Below are positions 47,516-56,730 of a DNA stretch of 64,000 nt, piece by piece. Every line of letters starts with the position of its first letter. The stretch's first letter is position 1. The notes under the pieces are model-generated. The model made no database searches. It worked only from the letters and a program-made list of their open reading frames with translations, and was not told the DNA's origin. The translations under genes were made by a program, and so were the position numbers. The stretch covers positions 1,353 through 65,352 of the forward strand of contig JAFGBD010000008.1 of assembly GCA_016933335.1 (NCBI GenBank), written 5' to 3'. The DNA comes from Bacteroidales bacterium (lineage in GTDB: Bacteria > Bacteroidota > Bacteroidia > Bacteroidales > UBA10428).

Positions 47516-50500
47516 GTGACCTTAGAGGCGATCATACATAAAACGGAAAGACATCCGAATTTTGCAGCTTTCATAAACAGCCTGTCATCAGTCAAAAAGC
47601 GATTTGCCCTCAAAGGACTTGCAGGATCATCCGGATCTGTTTTTACCTCTGCGGTAATTCGCAGGATAAAAGGCATTCATCTGTTTATCCTTCCTGAAAA
47701 GGATGATGCAGCTTATTATTACAACGACCTGGTCAGCCTGCTGGGAGAGCATAATATCCTTTTTTTCCCGTCATCATATAAGCGCTCGGTTCAATATGGT
47801 CAGCCTGATAATGCAAATATCATTCTCCGGACAGAGGTTCTCAATACCACCGGGAGTTTTATTCAGGCGCATCCCGATACGGGCAACTGTCTCATTATTA
47901 TTACCTATCCGGAAGCACTCGTTGAAAAGGTGATTACTTACAAGAAACTTCAGAAAAATACACTATACCTGACAATACACGATAAAATCAGCATCGGATT
48001 TATCACTGAGGTACTGGAAGAATATAAGTTTGAAAGAACGGATTTTGTATATGAGCCCGGTCAGTATGCAGTAAGGGGCGGAATCGTTGATATATTTTCC
48101 TATGCAGACAAAAAACCATACAGGATTGACTTTTTTGGTAATGATATTGAATCAATTCGAACCTTTGATATTGAAACACAGGTTTCAGACAGCCAGCTTG
48201 AAAAAATTATTATCCTTCCGGATGTCCGTGAACTGTCGTTAGAAGATGCCCGTGTATCCTTTCTCGATTATTTTCCGACATCGGGCATGATCTGGCTGTC
48301 GGATACCGGCTATATTGCAGACAGAATAACCGGTATTTTTGAGAATACCCGGGCTGATACTGATGAACAGGGGACAGGACCATTGCCGAAGCAGGAAAAC
48401 CTGATAACAGGTTCGTATTTTAAAGAAAAACTGGATCATTTCAGAACCATTGAGGTTGGTCCCGGGTTTTTCTTTGCCCCTGATGCTGAGTTTGAATTCA
48501 AGACAGCATTACAGCCCGCTTTTAACAAAAACTTTGATATGCTGGTTAAGTACCTGCATAAAACCCGGTCGGAAAATTATACAAATTATATCCTGTCTGA
48601 CAGTGAGAAGCAAATTGAAAGACTGGCCTCTATTTTCAGTGAAATAGATGAACATGTTGCGTTTACACCGGTTCTGAAGACACTGCATAAAGGATATATC
48701 GATCATACTCTTAAAATATGCTGTTTCAGCGATCATCAGATATTCGAAAGATATCACAAGTATACGCTCAATACGTATTTTTCGAGAAAAGCAGCCCTTT
48801 CAATCAGGGAACTTACGGGATTAAAGCCGGGCGATTACATCGTACATATCGATCACGGTATTGGCAGATTCGGTGGTCTTGAAAAAATCGAAGTGAACGG
48901 GAGGTTCCAGGAGGCAGTAAGACTGGTATACAAAGACAACGACATGTTGTATGTCAGTATATACTCCCTGCATCGCATATCAAAATACAAGGGTAAAGAT
49001 GATGCACCCCCGAAAATATACAAACTGGGTTCGGGTGCATGGCAGCGATTAAAAAGATCAACCAAAAAGAAAATAAAAGACATTGCCAAAGACCTTATCG
49101 CTTTGTATGCCAAAAGAAAGACAGTTGAAGGATTTAGGTTTTCGCCTGATACATATCTGCAAAATGAGCTTGAAGCATCCTTTTTTTTCGAGGATACCCC
49201 TGATCAGATTGCAGCAACCATTGCCGTTAAAGAAGACATGGAGTCAAAGTGCCCGATGGACAGGCTGATATGCGGAGATGTCGGATTCGGCAAAACCGAA
49301 GTGGCGATCAGAGCCGCATTTAAAGCAGTTACCGACAGCAAACAGGCCGCAATACTTGTCCCGACAACAATTCTTGCATTACAGCATTATAATACTTTCC
49401 AGGAGAGATTAAAAGATTTTCCCTGCAACATTGAATACATATCGCGATTCAAATCTGCCAAAGAACAAAAGCAGATCATTCTCAATACAGAAAACGGAAA
49501 AACGGATATTCTTATCGGTACGCACAGGCTTTTGGGAAAGGATATAAGATTTAAAGATCTTGGTTTGCTTATCATTGATGAAGAGCAAAAATTCGGTGTT
49601 GCATCAAAAGAAAAACTGCGCACACTGAAAGAAAATGTAGATACCCTGACACTTTCCGCTACACCCATTCCGCGCACACTGCAATTCTCATTGATGGGAT
49701 CACGTGATTTATCCGTAATCAATACACCTCCTCCGAACAGACAACCGATCGTAACCGAGCTTCATACCTTTAATGAGGATATCATCAGAGAAGGTATCGA
49801 ATTTGAAGTTGGCAGGGGAGGCCAGGTTTTTTTCATCCACAACCGGATAGAGAATATTAATGATATCGAAAAGCTGATCAGAAAACTTTGTCCAAAGGTC
49901 AGCACAGTTGTTGCCCATGGGCAGATGGAGGGGCATACGCTTGAAAAGACCATGATGGGCTTCGTCAATGCTGATTATGATGTTCTGGTGGCCACGGCGA
50001 TCATCGAATCAGGACTGGATATCCCCAATACCAATACCATATTTGTGAATAATGCCCACCAATTCGGACTTAGTGACCTGCACCAGTTAAGAGGCAGAGT
50101 TGGCAGATCCAATAAAAAGGCTTTCTGTTACCTCCTTTCTCCCCCGATGTCTTATGTTTCATCAGAAGCCAGAAGAAGGCTGAAAGCCATTGAGGAGTTC
50201 TCTGATTTGGGCAGCGGCTTTAATATTGCACTGCAGGACCTGGATATCCGCGGTGCAGGCAACCTGCTTGGTGCAGAGCAAAGCGGATTTATTGCCGACA
50301 TCGGATTTGAGGCTTACAACCGTATTCTTACGGAAGCAATCCGTGAACTGAAAGAAAACGAATATGCCGATGTGTTCTTACAGGAAAAGGAACATGAAAA
50401 GGCAACCGTCAATAACAAATATACAGATGACTGCCAGATTGATACAGACTTTGAACTACTTTTTCCCGAGAATTATATATCAAACGTTTCAGAAAGAATA

Positions 50501-50896
50501 CATCTGTACCGAAGACTGGATGATATTGAATCAGAAGATGAAATCCGGGAGTTTCAGAGACATCTTGAAGACAGGTTCGGCCCGTTGCCTGAACAATCTG
50601 TTGAATTATTAATGATCGTAAGACTGAGATGGATTGCTGCAAAACTTGGCATAGAAAAAATCGTTATGAGAAACAGATTGTTAATTGCTTATTTCATATC
50701 AGATCAATCTTCATATTTTTATCAATCCGAATTATTTGGAAAAATCCTTTCGTTTATACAAAAACAACCGTCACAATTTAAAATGAAAGAAGGGAATAAG
50801 AAACTTACCCTCACAGTTAACAATATCAATTCTGTATATGATGCAATGAATATCCTTGACAAGATATATAATTCCGGATATCATGACTGTGAATAA
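47516..50896 (+). CDS. mfd: Transcription-repair coupling factor Mfd
   Basis: CGDVGFGKTEVA (Walker A), IIDEEQKFGV, HGQM, QLRGRVGRS; 1126 aa. It has a GTG start, and the exact start is uncertain. Confidence 0.93.
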   Translation: MTLEAIIHKTERHPNFAAFINSLSSVKKRFALKGLAGSSGSVFTSAVIRRIKGIHLFILPEKDDAAYYYNDLVSLLGEHNILFFPSSYKRSVQYGQPDNANIILRTEVLNTTGSFIQAHPDTGNCLIIITYPEALVEKVITYKKLQKNTLYLTIHDKISIGFITEVLEEYKFERTDFVYEPGQYAVRGGIVDIFSYADKKPYRIDFFGNDIESIRTFDIETQVSDSQLEKIIILPDVRELSLEDARVSFLDYFPTSGMIWLSDTGYIADRITGIFENTRADTDEQGTGPLPKQENLITGSYFKEKLDHFRTIEVGPGFFFAPDAEFEFKTALQPAFNKNFDMLVKYLHKTRSENYTNYILSDSEKQIERLASIFSEIDEHVAFTPVLKTLHKGYIDHTLKICCFSDHQIFERYHKYTLNTYFSRKAALSIRELTGLKPGDYIVHIDHGIGRFGGLEKIEVNGRFQEAVRLVYKDNDMLYVSIYSLHRISKYKGKDDAPPKIYKLGSGAWQRLKRSTKKKIKDIAKDLIALYAKRKTVEGFRFSPDTYLQNELEASFFFEDTPDQIAATIAVKEDMESKCPMDRLICGDVGFGKTEVAIRAAFKAVTDSKQAAILVPTTILALQHYNTFQERLKDFPCNIEYISRFKSAKEQKQIILNTENGKTDILIGTHRLLGKDIRFKDLGLLIIDEEQKFGVASKEKLRTLKENVDTLTLSATPIPRTLQFSLMGSRDLSVINTPPPNRQPIVTELHTFNEDIIREGIEFEVGRGGQVFFIHNRIENINDIEKLIRKLCPKVSTVVAHGQMEGHTLEKTMMGFVNADYDVLVATAIIESGLDIPNTNTIFVNNAHQFGLSDLHQLRGRVGRSNKKAFCYLLSPPMSYVSSEARRRLKAIEEFSDLGSGFNIALQDLDIRGAGNLLGAEQSGFIADIGFEAYNRILTEAIRELKENEYADVFLQEKEHEKATVNNKYTDDCQIDTDFELLFPENYISNVSERIHLYRRLDDIESEDEIREFQRHLEDRFGPLPEQSVELLMIVRLRWIAAKLGIEKIVMRNRLLIAYFISDQSSYFYQSELFGKILSFIQKQPSQFKMKEGNKKLTLTVNNINSVYDAMNILDKIYNSGYHDCE

Positions 50897-50984
50897 CGAA
50901 GCTTCCATGAGCTTTCCCCTCAGTTCCGGGTCTTTGAAAAAATCTGTGACAGGGCAATGAATGCCGGGGAATATCTGAATCTGC

Positions 50985-51037
50985 ATGACCCGGTGTGTCC
51001 TGGATGAGCTTAACATCAGGCTTACGGTTCGGGTCAT
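50985..51037 (+). terminator. Possible compound hairpin terminator after mfd
   Basis: ATGACCCG ... CGGGTCAT outer stem enclosing CCTGgATG...CATcAGG, followed by TTGTATTCTTATT. The T-tract is imperfect. Confidence 0.35.
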
Positions 51038-51080
51038 TTGTATTCTTATTGAAAAGTATTGTAACTTTATCGCAAACAAC
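51037..51080 (+). promoter_or_regulatory. Candidate promoter of the coaX cluster
   Basis: TTTG-N21-TAACTTTA (the -7 element differs from consensus at the last base). The block TGTAACTTTATCGCAAACAAC is 19/21 identical to 21930-21950. Confidence 0.4.
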
Positions 51081-51191
51081 GGATTAGTATATTTAGTTAA
51101 AGATTTAAAACTTTTTAACCAATGATGAATCACTAATTATTGAGATATCTTTATATTTGAATCATTTCCCGGAAAATATCATAAAGTCAGA

Positions 51192-51926
51192 ATGAATTTG
51201 GCCGTAGATATCGGTAATACCAGAACCAGGGCTGCTGTTTTCAGTCAATCTGAGCTGATTGAGGCATATTCTGTTGAAACCCCTACTGTTGAGCTGGCTG
51301 AAAGAATAACAGATAAGTTTCCCGGCATTCAGTATGCCATCGTCTCTTCTGTTAATGAACCTGATACAGATCTGGTCAATTACATATCTAAAAAAGTTCA
51401 AAAATACGTTGAACTTAATGCTTCCACCCCCACTCCGGTTAAAAATCTTTATCAGACGCCCGAGACCCTTGGAAAAGACAGGTTAGCGGCTCTTGTTGGC
51501 GCGTTTACTGTCTTTCCTGCCACAAATCTTCTGATCATTGATACAGGTACAGCCATCACTTATGATTTTCTGGGTGCAAATAATGAGTATTCAGGTGGTA
51601 ATATTTCACCCGGAATGGACATGAGGTTCAAGGCATTGAATCATTATACCGGCAAACTTCCCAGAGAGAAGGCAGCAGAGGGCTTCCCTGAAATGGGATT
51701 TGATACAAAAACAGCAATTATAAGTGGCGTAATCAATGGAATCCTATATGAAATGGAAGCTTACATCAGTATTTTTTCCGCGAAGTATAAAGAATTAAAA
51801 ACAATTCTTACAGGAGGAGACGCTAATTTTTTTGATAAAAAACTAAAAAAAACCATCTTTGTGATTCCAAATTTAACATTGATTGGACTTAATTGTATTT
51901 TACAATATAATGAGAAGACTGATTGA
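51192..51926 (+). CDS. coaX: Type III pantothenate kinase
   Basis: MNLAVDIGNTRTR, GKDRLAALVGA and IIDTGTAITYD. Confidence 0.9.
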   Translation: MNLAVDIGNTRTRAAVFSQSELIEAYSVETPTVELAERITDKFPGIQYAIVSSVNEPDTDLVNYISKKVQKYVELNASTPTPVKNLYQTPETLGKDRLAALVGAFTVFPATNLLIIDTGTAITYDFLGANNEYSGGNISPGMDMRFKALNHYTGKLPREKAAEGFPEMGFDTKTAIISGVINGILYEMEAYISIFSAKYKELKTILTGGDANFFDKKLKKTIFVIPNLTLIGLNCILQYNEKTD

Positions 51927-53193
51927 TCTTGCAATACCTTTTGTTTTTCTTGCCCTGGTTTTTAAATCAAATGCCCAGGTGGCAATTAATTCGCCATATA
52001 CACGATTTGGTCTTGGTGAAATCTCCCGGCAGGGTTTCGGAATGGTCAGGGGAATGGGAGGTACATCAATTGCACACCGGTTCAGTAATCAGATAAATTA
52101 TTTAAATCCGGCCAGTTTTTCTGCCCGTGATACCCTTTCATTTGTTCTTGATTTCGGAGTAAATGGAGAAATCAGGGTTTTGAGCACTCAATATGAAAAA
52201 GTCAAACTGAAAGACTTCAACATGGAACATGTTGCGATTGCCTTTCCTGTTACCAGATGGCTGGGAACCAGTATAGGCATTCTTCCCTATAGCAGAATCG
52301 GTTACAATATGATGCTTGAGGGTCCCCTCAGCTCACTGGGGGATAATTACCGGGTGTATCATGAAGGCAATGGGAACCTGAATAAGTTTTATTTCGGGTC
52401 CTCAGTCCGCCTGGGTAAACACCTGGCAATCGGAGCCAACCTTTCCTATATTTTCGGGAGTTATGAAAGAAATAAACGGGTTTCATTACCTTTAGAAGGT
52501 TCCGCAGAAACAAGATTTATCAATGAAACAATCGTTGGTGATGTCATGTTTAATTTCGGAGTGCAGGCTTTTACAAAGTTTAAAAAAGGGGATGAGCTGA
52601 CATTGGGAGTCACATTGGATAACAGCACAGAACTAAAAGGTGAATTCAGCTCCCTGAAGATAAATTATTATCCGCTGAATGTTGATACCATGGTCAGCAT
52701 TGAAAATCAGAAAGGAGAGATAAGCATTCCGGTGAGACTGGGAGCAGGTATGCTGTATTCACACAAAAATAAACTGATTATTGCAATTGATTATGTTACT
52801 CAGGATTGGAGCAAAGCACGTTTTTTCGGGGAAACTGATTCGCTTACAGCAAGTTCATCCCTGAGATTCGGGTTGCAATATACCCCTGTTGCCATAACTG
52901 AAGTAAAAAGAGCACCTTACTGGCAGAGAATCAGTTTCAGGGCCGGAGGATACTATGACCAGACCTATCTTGATATCAACGGGAAAAAGCTCGAAGACTA
53001 TGGCATGACTTTTGGGATAGGTATACCATGGAAGAATGAAAGAAACCTGTTGACCAAGACTACCTTTAACATATCTTACCAGCTTGGGTGGAAAGGTACT
53101 CTGGATAACGGACTGGTTAAGGAAACCTATCACGTTTTATCAATAGGATTTACTTTTCATGATTTATGGTTTATTAAACCAAAGTATGATTAA
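51910..53193 (+). CDS. Conserved Bacteroidetes outer-membrane beta-barrel protein (function unknown)
   Basis: The likely start MRRLIDLAIPFVFLALVFKSNAQ (signal peptide) overlaps the coaX end by 17 nt. The mature N-terminus is INSPYTRFGLGE, and the composition is alternating and beta-rich. Confidence 0.6.
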   Translation: MRRLIDLAIPFVFLALVFKSNAQVAINSPYTRFGLGEISRQGFGMVRGMGGTSIAHRFSNQINYLNPASFSARDTLSFVLDFGVNGEIRVLSTQYEKVKLKDFNMEHVAIAFPVTRWLGTSIGILPYSRIGYNMMLEGPLSSLGDNYRVYHEGNGNLNKFYFGSSVRLGKHLAIGANLSYIFGSYERNKRVSLPLEGSAETRFINETIVGDVMFNFGVQAFTKFKKGDELTLGVTLDNSTELKGEFSSLKINYYPLNVDTMVSIENQKGEISIPVRLGAGMLYSHKNKLIIAIDYVTQDWSKARFFGETDSLTASSSLRFGLQYTPVAITEVKRAPYWQRISFRAGGYYDQTYLDINGKKLEDYGMTFGIGIPWKNERNLLTKTTFNISYQLGWKGTLDNGLVKETYHVLSIGFTFHDLWFIKPKYD

Positions 53194-53204
53194 AATTACA
53201 AAAA

Positions 53205-54539
53205 ATGAAAGATAAATTTTTCAGTCTGGTATTGTTCTGTACGATGATGATTTTGCCTGATATGCAGGCTCAGAAAGGTATTGATGACGGTTCAAAATAC
53301 GGACACGGGAAAGACAGTGTCAGATGTGTGGTAAACCTCTCTCTTTACAGGGAATATGCCAGGCAAAAGGATTATAAATCAGCCATCAGGTACTGGAGGA
53401 TTGTTTTTTGCGAATGTCCGATATCCACCAAGAATATCTATATAGACGGAGTAAAGATCTTTAAGGATTTCATTGAGCATGAAGACAATGAAGAGATCCG
53501 GTCACTCTATATCGATACCCTGATGATGGTGTATGAACAGCGCATTAAATATTATCCCAGAGACAAAGGAGATCAACTCGGAAGAGAAGGCATCGATCTC
53601 TTAAGATACAGAAGACTTGATGATATTAAATACGTTAAGGAAGCATATGGTTATCTGGAGGAATCGATAAAGCTTGAAAAAAAGGAATCATCTGAAGCAG
53701 TCATTGCCACATTTTTTACTTCTGCAATCGCACTTTTCCAAAACGGAGAACTCGATGAAAAAAAACTGATCGAAGATTATATCCAGAGCAACGATATTCT
53801 TGTTTCCAGGATCAAAAAGCATCCGAATAATTCAACGCTCTCCGATATCAAGGAAAGACAGGACGCTAACATGCAAAATCTAAAACTCAGTTGTGACCTG
53901 CTGGTTGAAAAGTTCTCTGAATTGTATGAAAAAAACACCTGTGATCTCTCTTGCTTACAGACCATAACTTCAGTGATGAATGCAATGGGATGCACCGATA
54001 AGCCCCTTTATTACAAGGCAGCCAAGGAATTATATGAACTGAAACCTTCAGCAGAAAGTGCTGCAAATATAGCTTCGCTGGCATATGATAAAAGTGAGTA
54101 TAATGTGGCCGTCAGTTATTTTGAACAGGCTATACAGCTGGAAACAAACCCTGAAATCAAGGCTGTTTATTACCTGGGACTGGCAAAATCTCAGTACAAA
54201 CAAAACAGGAAACCCCAGGCACGGGAAAATGCACTTAAAGCTGCCGAACTGAAAAGTAACTGGGGTGATCCTTATATAATGATCGGCCAGATGTATGCTG
54301 AAAGTTCGGAAGACTGTCAGGATATATGTCTTCCAAAATCTGTTTACTGGCTTGCAGTAGACAAATTTAACATGGCAAAGACTGTTGATCCGTCTGTTGA
54401 GGATCAGGCTAATAAGCTGATAATTACTTACTCTCAATACTTCCCCAATAAGGAAGACTCTTTCTTCTGCGGAGTCAGCGAAGGTGATACTTTTTCCGTT
54501 AACTGCTGGATAAATGAGTCAACGAAAGCAAGGTTCTGA
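53205..54539 (+). CDS. Tetratricopeptide-repeat protein, secreted
   Basis: Signal peptide. TPR-like helical repeats are present (for example YNVAVSYFEQAIQLETNPEIKAVYYLGLAKSQYKQNRKPQARENALKAAEL). Confidence 0.6.
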   Translation: MKDKFFSLVLFCTMMILPDMQAQKGIDDGSKYGHGKDSVRCVVNLSLYREYARQKDYKSAIRYWRIVFCECPISTKNIYIDGVKIFKDFIEHEDNEEIRSLYIDTLMMVYEQRIKYYPRDKGDQLGREGIDLLRYRRLDDIKYVKEAYGYLEESIKLEKKESSEAVIATFFTSAIALFQNGELDEKKLIEDYIQSNDILVSRIKKHPNNSTLSDIKERQDANMQNLKLSCDLLVEKFSELYEKNTCDLSCLQTITSVMNAMGCTDKPLYYKAAKELYELKPSAESAANIASLAYDKSEYNVAVSYFEQAIQLETNPEIKAVYYLGLAKSQYKQNRKPQARENALKAAELKSNWGDPYIMIGQMYAESSEDCQDICLPKSVYWLAVDKFNMAKTVDPSVEDQANKLIITYSQYFPNKEDSFFCGVSEGDTFSVNCWINESTKARF

Positions 54540-55113
54540 TAATCTGCTGATCCATCATGGATTTTTGGTTCTCCGGATACTCATCGGGCTGGTTATTTTA
54601 CTCTCCTGCGAAAATGATATTGAAAAGATCAATGAATTAACCAGTGAACTCCATCTGCCTCAGCAAACAGGATATGATGTCGAGATTGCCTTCACCGACT
54701 CCGGTGTGCTGAAATGGAAGCTCTTTGCACCTGAAATCAACAGGTACGAATCAAAGGATAATCCGTACATAGAATTCCCCAGGGGGATCAAAATAATAGA
54801 CTACGACAGGGCAGGAAAAGTCGAATCCAGACTTACAGCCAACTATGCCATCTATTACCAGGAAGATCAGCTTGGAGAAGCCAAAAACAATGTAGTGGCA
54901 ATTAAAGAAACAACCGGAGAAAAACTGTATACAGAACAGCTATTCTGGGATCAGAAGTCAGAAATTGTTTATTCCAACACTTTTTCCAGGATAATCAATG
55001 ACCAGGGAACTCACATCGGAGAAAAAGGCTTCGAAGCCAAACAGGATTTGTCCAGATGGAAACTTCACAGATCAAGAGGTACTGTTAAGATTAAAAATGA
55101 ACCCGAAGATTAG
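54514..55113 (+). CDS. lptC: LPS export system periplasmic protein LptC (OstA-like fold)
   Basis: N-terminal anchor plus a ~170-aa beta-jellyroll-like region (DVEIAFTDSGVLKWKLFAPEINRYE...). Size and context are typical of Bacteroidetes LptC. It overlaps the TPR gene by 26 nt. Confidence 0.6.
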   Translation: MSQRKQGSDNLLIHHGFLVLRILIGLVILLSCENDIEKINELTSELHLPQQTGYDVEIAFTDSGVLKWKLFAPEINRYESKDNPYIEFPRGIKIIDYDRAGKVESRLTANYAIYYQEDQLGEAKNNVVAIKETTGEKLYTEQLFWDQKSEIVYSNTFSRIINDQGTHIGEKGFEAKQDLSRWKLHRSRGTVKIKNEPED

Positions 55114-55288
55114 TCTTATCATTGAAATTATATGGCTGGCAACAGGTGTATTTTGCCTGTTGACAGGCTTTCGTAAAACCGTTCAGTTTGGATTTTCCAA
55201 TGGATATATATTTTATATACTTGCTGTTATAGCCTTTATCATGTATTCATTAAGGCTTTATCTCAGAAAATCCCAAAAAAATAAATAA
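55097..55288 (+). CDS. Small hypothetical membrane protein (2 TM)
   Basis: The likely start MNPKISLIIEIIWLATGVFCLL overlaps the lptC end by 17 nt; 63 aa. Confidence 0.45.
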   Translation: MNPKISLIIEIIWLATGVFCLLTGFRKTVQFGFSNGYIFYILAVIAFIMYSLRLYLRKSQKNK

Positions 55289-55318
55289 TTTTGAGTATTA
55301 ACTACTCTTTGCCTGTCA

Positions 55319-56584
55319 ATGAGTTCTATTACCATCATTCTTATTGCATTATTGATGTCCGCCTTCTTTTCGGGTATGGAAATTGCATTTGTTGCATCAA
55401 ATAAGCTTCGTATCGAACTGGATAAAAAGCAAAATTTATTCAGTTCAAAGATTATCTCAATATTTACATTAAACCCGGGACATTATATCACCACAATGCT
55501 TGTCGGTAATAATATTGCCCTTGTCGTTTACGGCCTGTTTATGGCAAAACTTCTTGAACCGGTTATACAGGCCTTAATAACGTCGGAGATCGGGATCCTG
55601 GTCATTCAGACTGTGATATCAACCCTTATTATTCTCCTGACTGCTGAGTTTCTTCCCAAAACACTGGTCCGTATTAATCCCAATGTAATACTGAATATAT
55701 TTTCCCTGCCTGTATTTGTTTTTTACATCGTTTTCTATCCCGTTGTATATCTGATAGTCAATCTTGTCAATGTTATTCTTAAAAGATTTACAGGGACTGA
55801 CAGTCTGAATGTCAACCAAAATCCTGTTTTCGGTAAAATAGATTTATACCATCTGATTTCCGAGGGAGGGGAGGAAAGCAGGGATGAAAATTCCGACCTG
55901 GATGAGCTGAAGCTTTTTAAGAATGCACTCGAATTTTCAAATGTCAAGGTAAGGGATTGCATGATTCCAAGAACAGAGATAGTCGCTATGGATATCAGTT
56001 CCGAAATCGAAGACCTGAAGCAACGATTTATTGAGACAGGCTTCTCAAAGATAGTGGTTTATGATGAATCCTTTGATAATTTTGTCGGATATATTACTTC
56101 CAAAGAGCTTTTCAAAAATCCGGAGTCAATTGGCGATCAGTTAATAGATATCTCTTTTGTTCCTGAAACCATGGCCGCCAATACACTCCTGCAAAGACTG
56201 ATAAATGAACATAAAAGCATGGTGCTGGTAGTGGATGAATTTGGCGGGATTTCAGGTCTTGTAACCATCGAAGATATCATTGAAGAAATATTTGGTGAGA
56301 TTGAAGACGAACACGACAGCACTGAATTGATAGAGAGAAAAATGAGTGATTCGGATTATCTGTTCTCAGCAAGGCTGGAAATCGATTACATCAATGAAAA
56401 GTATAACCTTGATATTCCTGATTCAGAGGAATATGACACAATTGCCGGTTTTATTTTCTATCATTACGAAAATATCCCGAAAATGTATGAAAAGATCATT
56501 ATCGGCAAACACGAGTTCAAAATTCTGAAGGTGAGTAAGACACGTATCGAACTTGTCCAGCTGAAAGTACTGCATGACGGATAG
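55319..56584 (+). CDS. CNNM/CorC/TlyC-family protein (DUF21 TM domain + CBS pair + CorC_HlyC)
   Basis: Four N-terminal TM helices, a CBS-pair region (VRDCMIPRTEIVAMD ... VVDEFGGISGLVTIEDIIEEIFGEIEDEHD), and a C-terminal transporter-associated domain. Confidence 0.85.
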   Translation: MSSITIILIALLMSAFFSGMEIAFVASNKLRIELDKKQNLFSSKIISIFTLNPGHYITTMLVGNNIALVVYGLFMAKLLEPVIQALITSEIGILVIQTVISTLIILLTAEFLPKTLVRINPNVILNIFSLPVFVFYIVFYPVVYLIVNLVNVILKRFTGTDSLNVNQNPVFGKIDLYHLISEGGEESRDENSDLDELKLFKNALEFSNVKVRDCMIPRTEIVAMDISSEIEDLKQRFIETGFSKIVVYDESFDNFVGYITSKELFKNPESIGDQLIDISFVPETMAANTLLQRLINEHKSMVLVVDEFGGISGLVTIEDIIEEIFGEIEDEHDSTELIERKMSDSDYLFSARLEIDYINEKYNLDIPDSEEYDTIAGFIFYHYENIPKMYEKIIIGKHEFKILKVSKTRIELVQLKVLHDG

Positions 56585-56730
56585 TTCTCCGGATTGTTTT
56601 GTGCATAAGGATTTTCAGGCAATCATCATAATTTTTTATCAGTGTCTGTTTTTTAATTGAATGATTTTTATAATTCAATAAATTGTTATCTTCGTACCCT
56701 GAATTTTGAACCGGATAAATTATTACTGAT

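Noticed and set aside
50771-51133. 120-aa minus-strand ORF spanning the mfd 3' end and the mfd-coaX spacer.
   Set aside because: It overlaps mfd coding sequence and the putative coaX promoter. It has no motif, no plausible start context and no partner genes.
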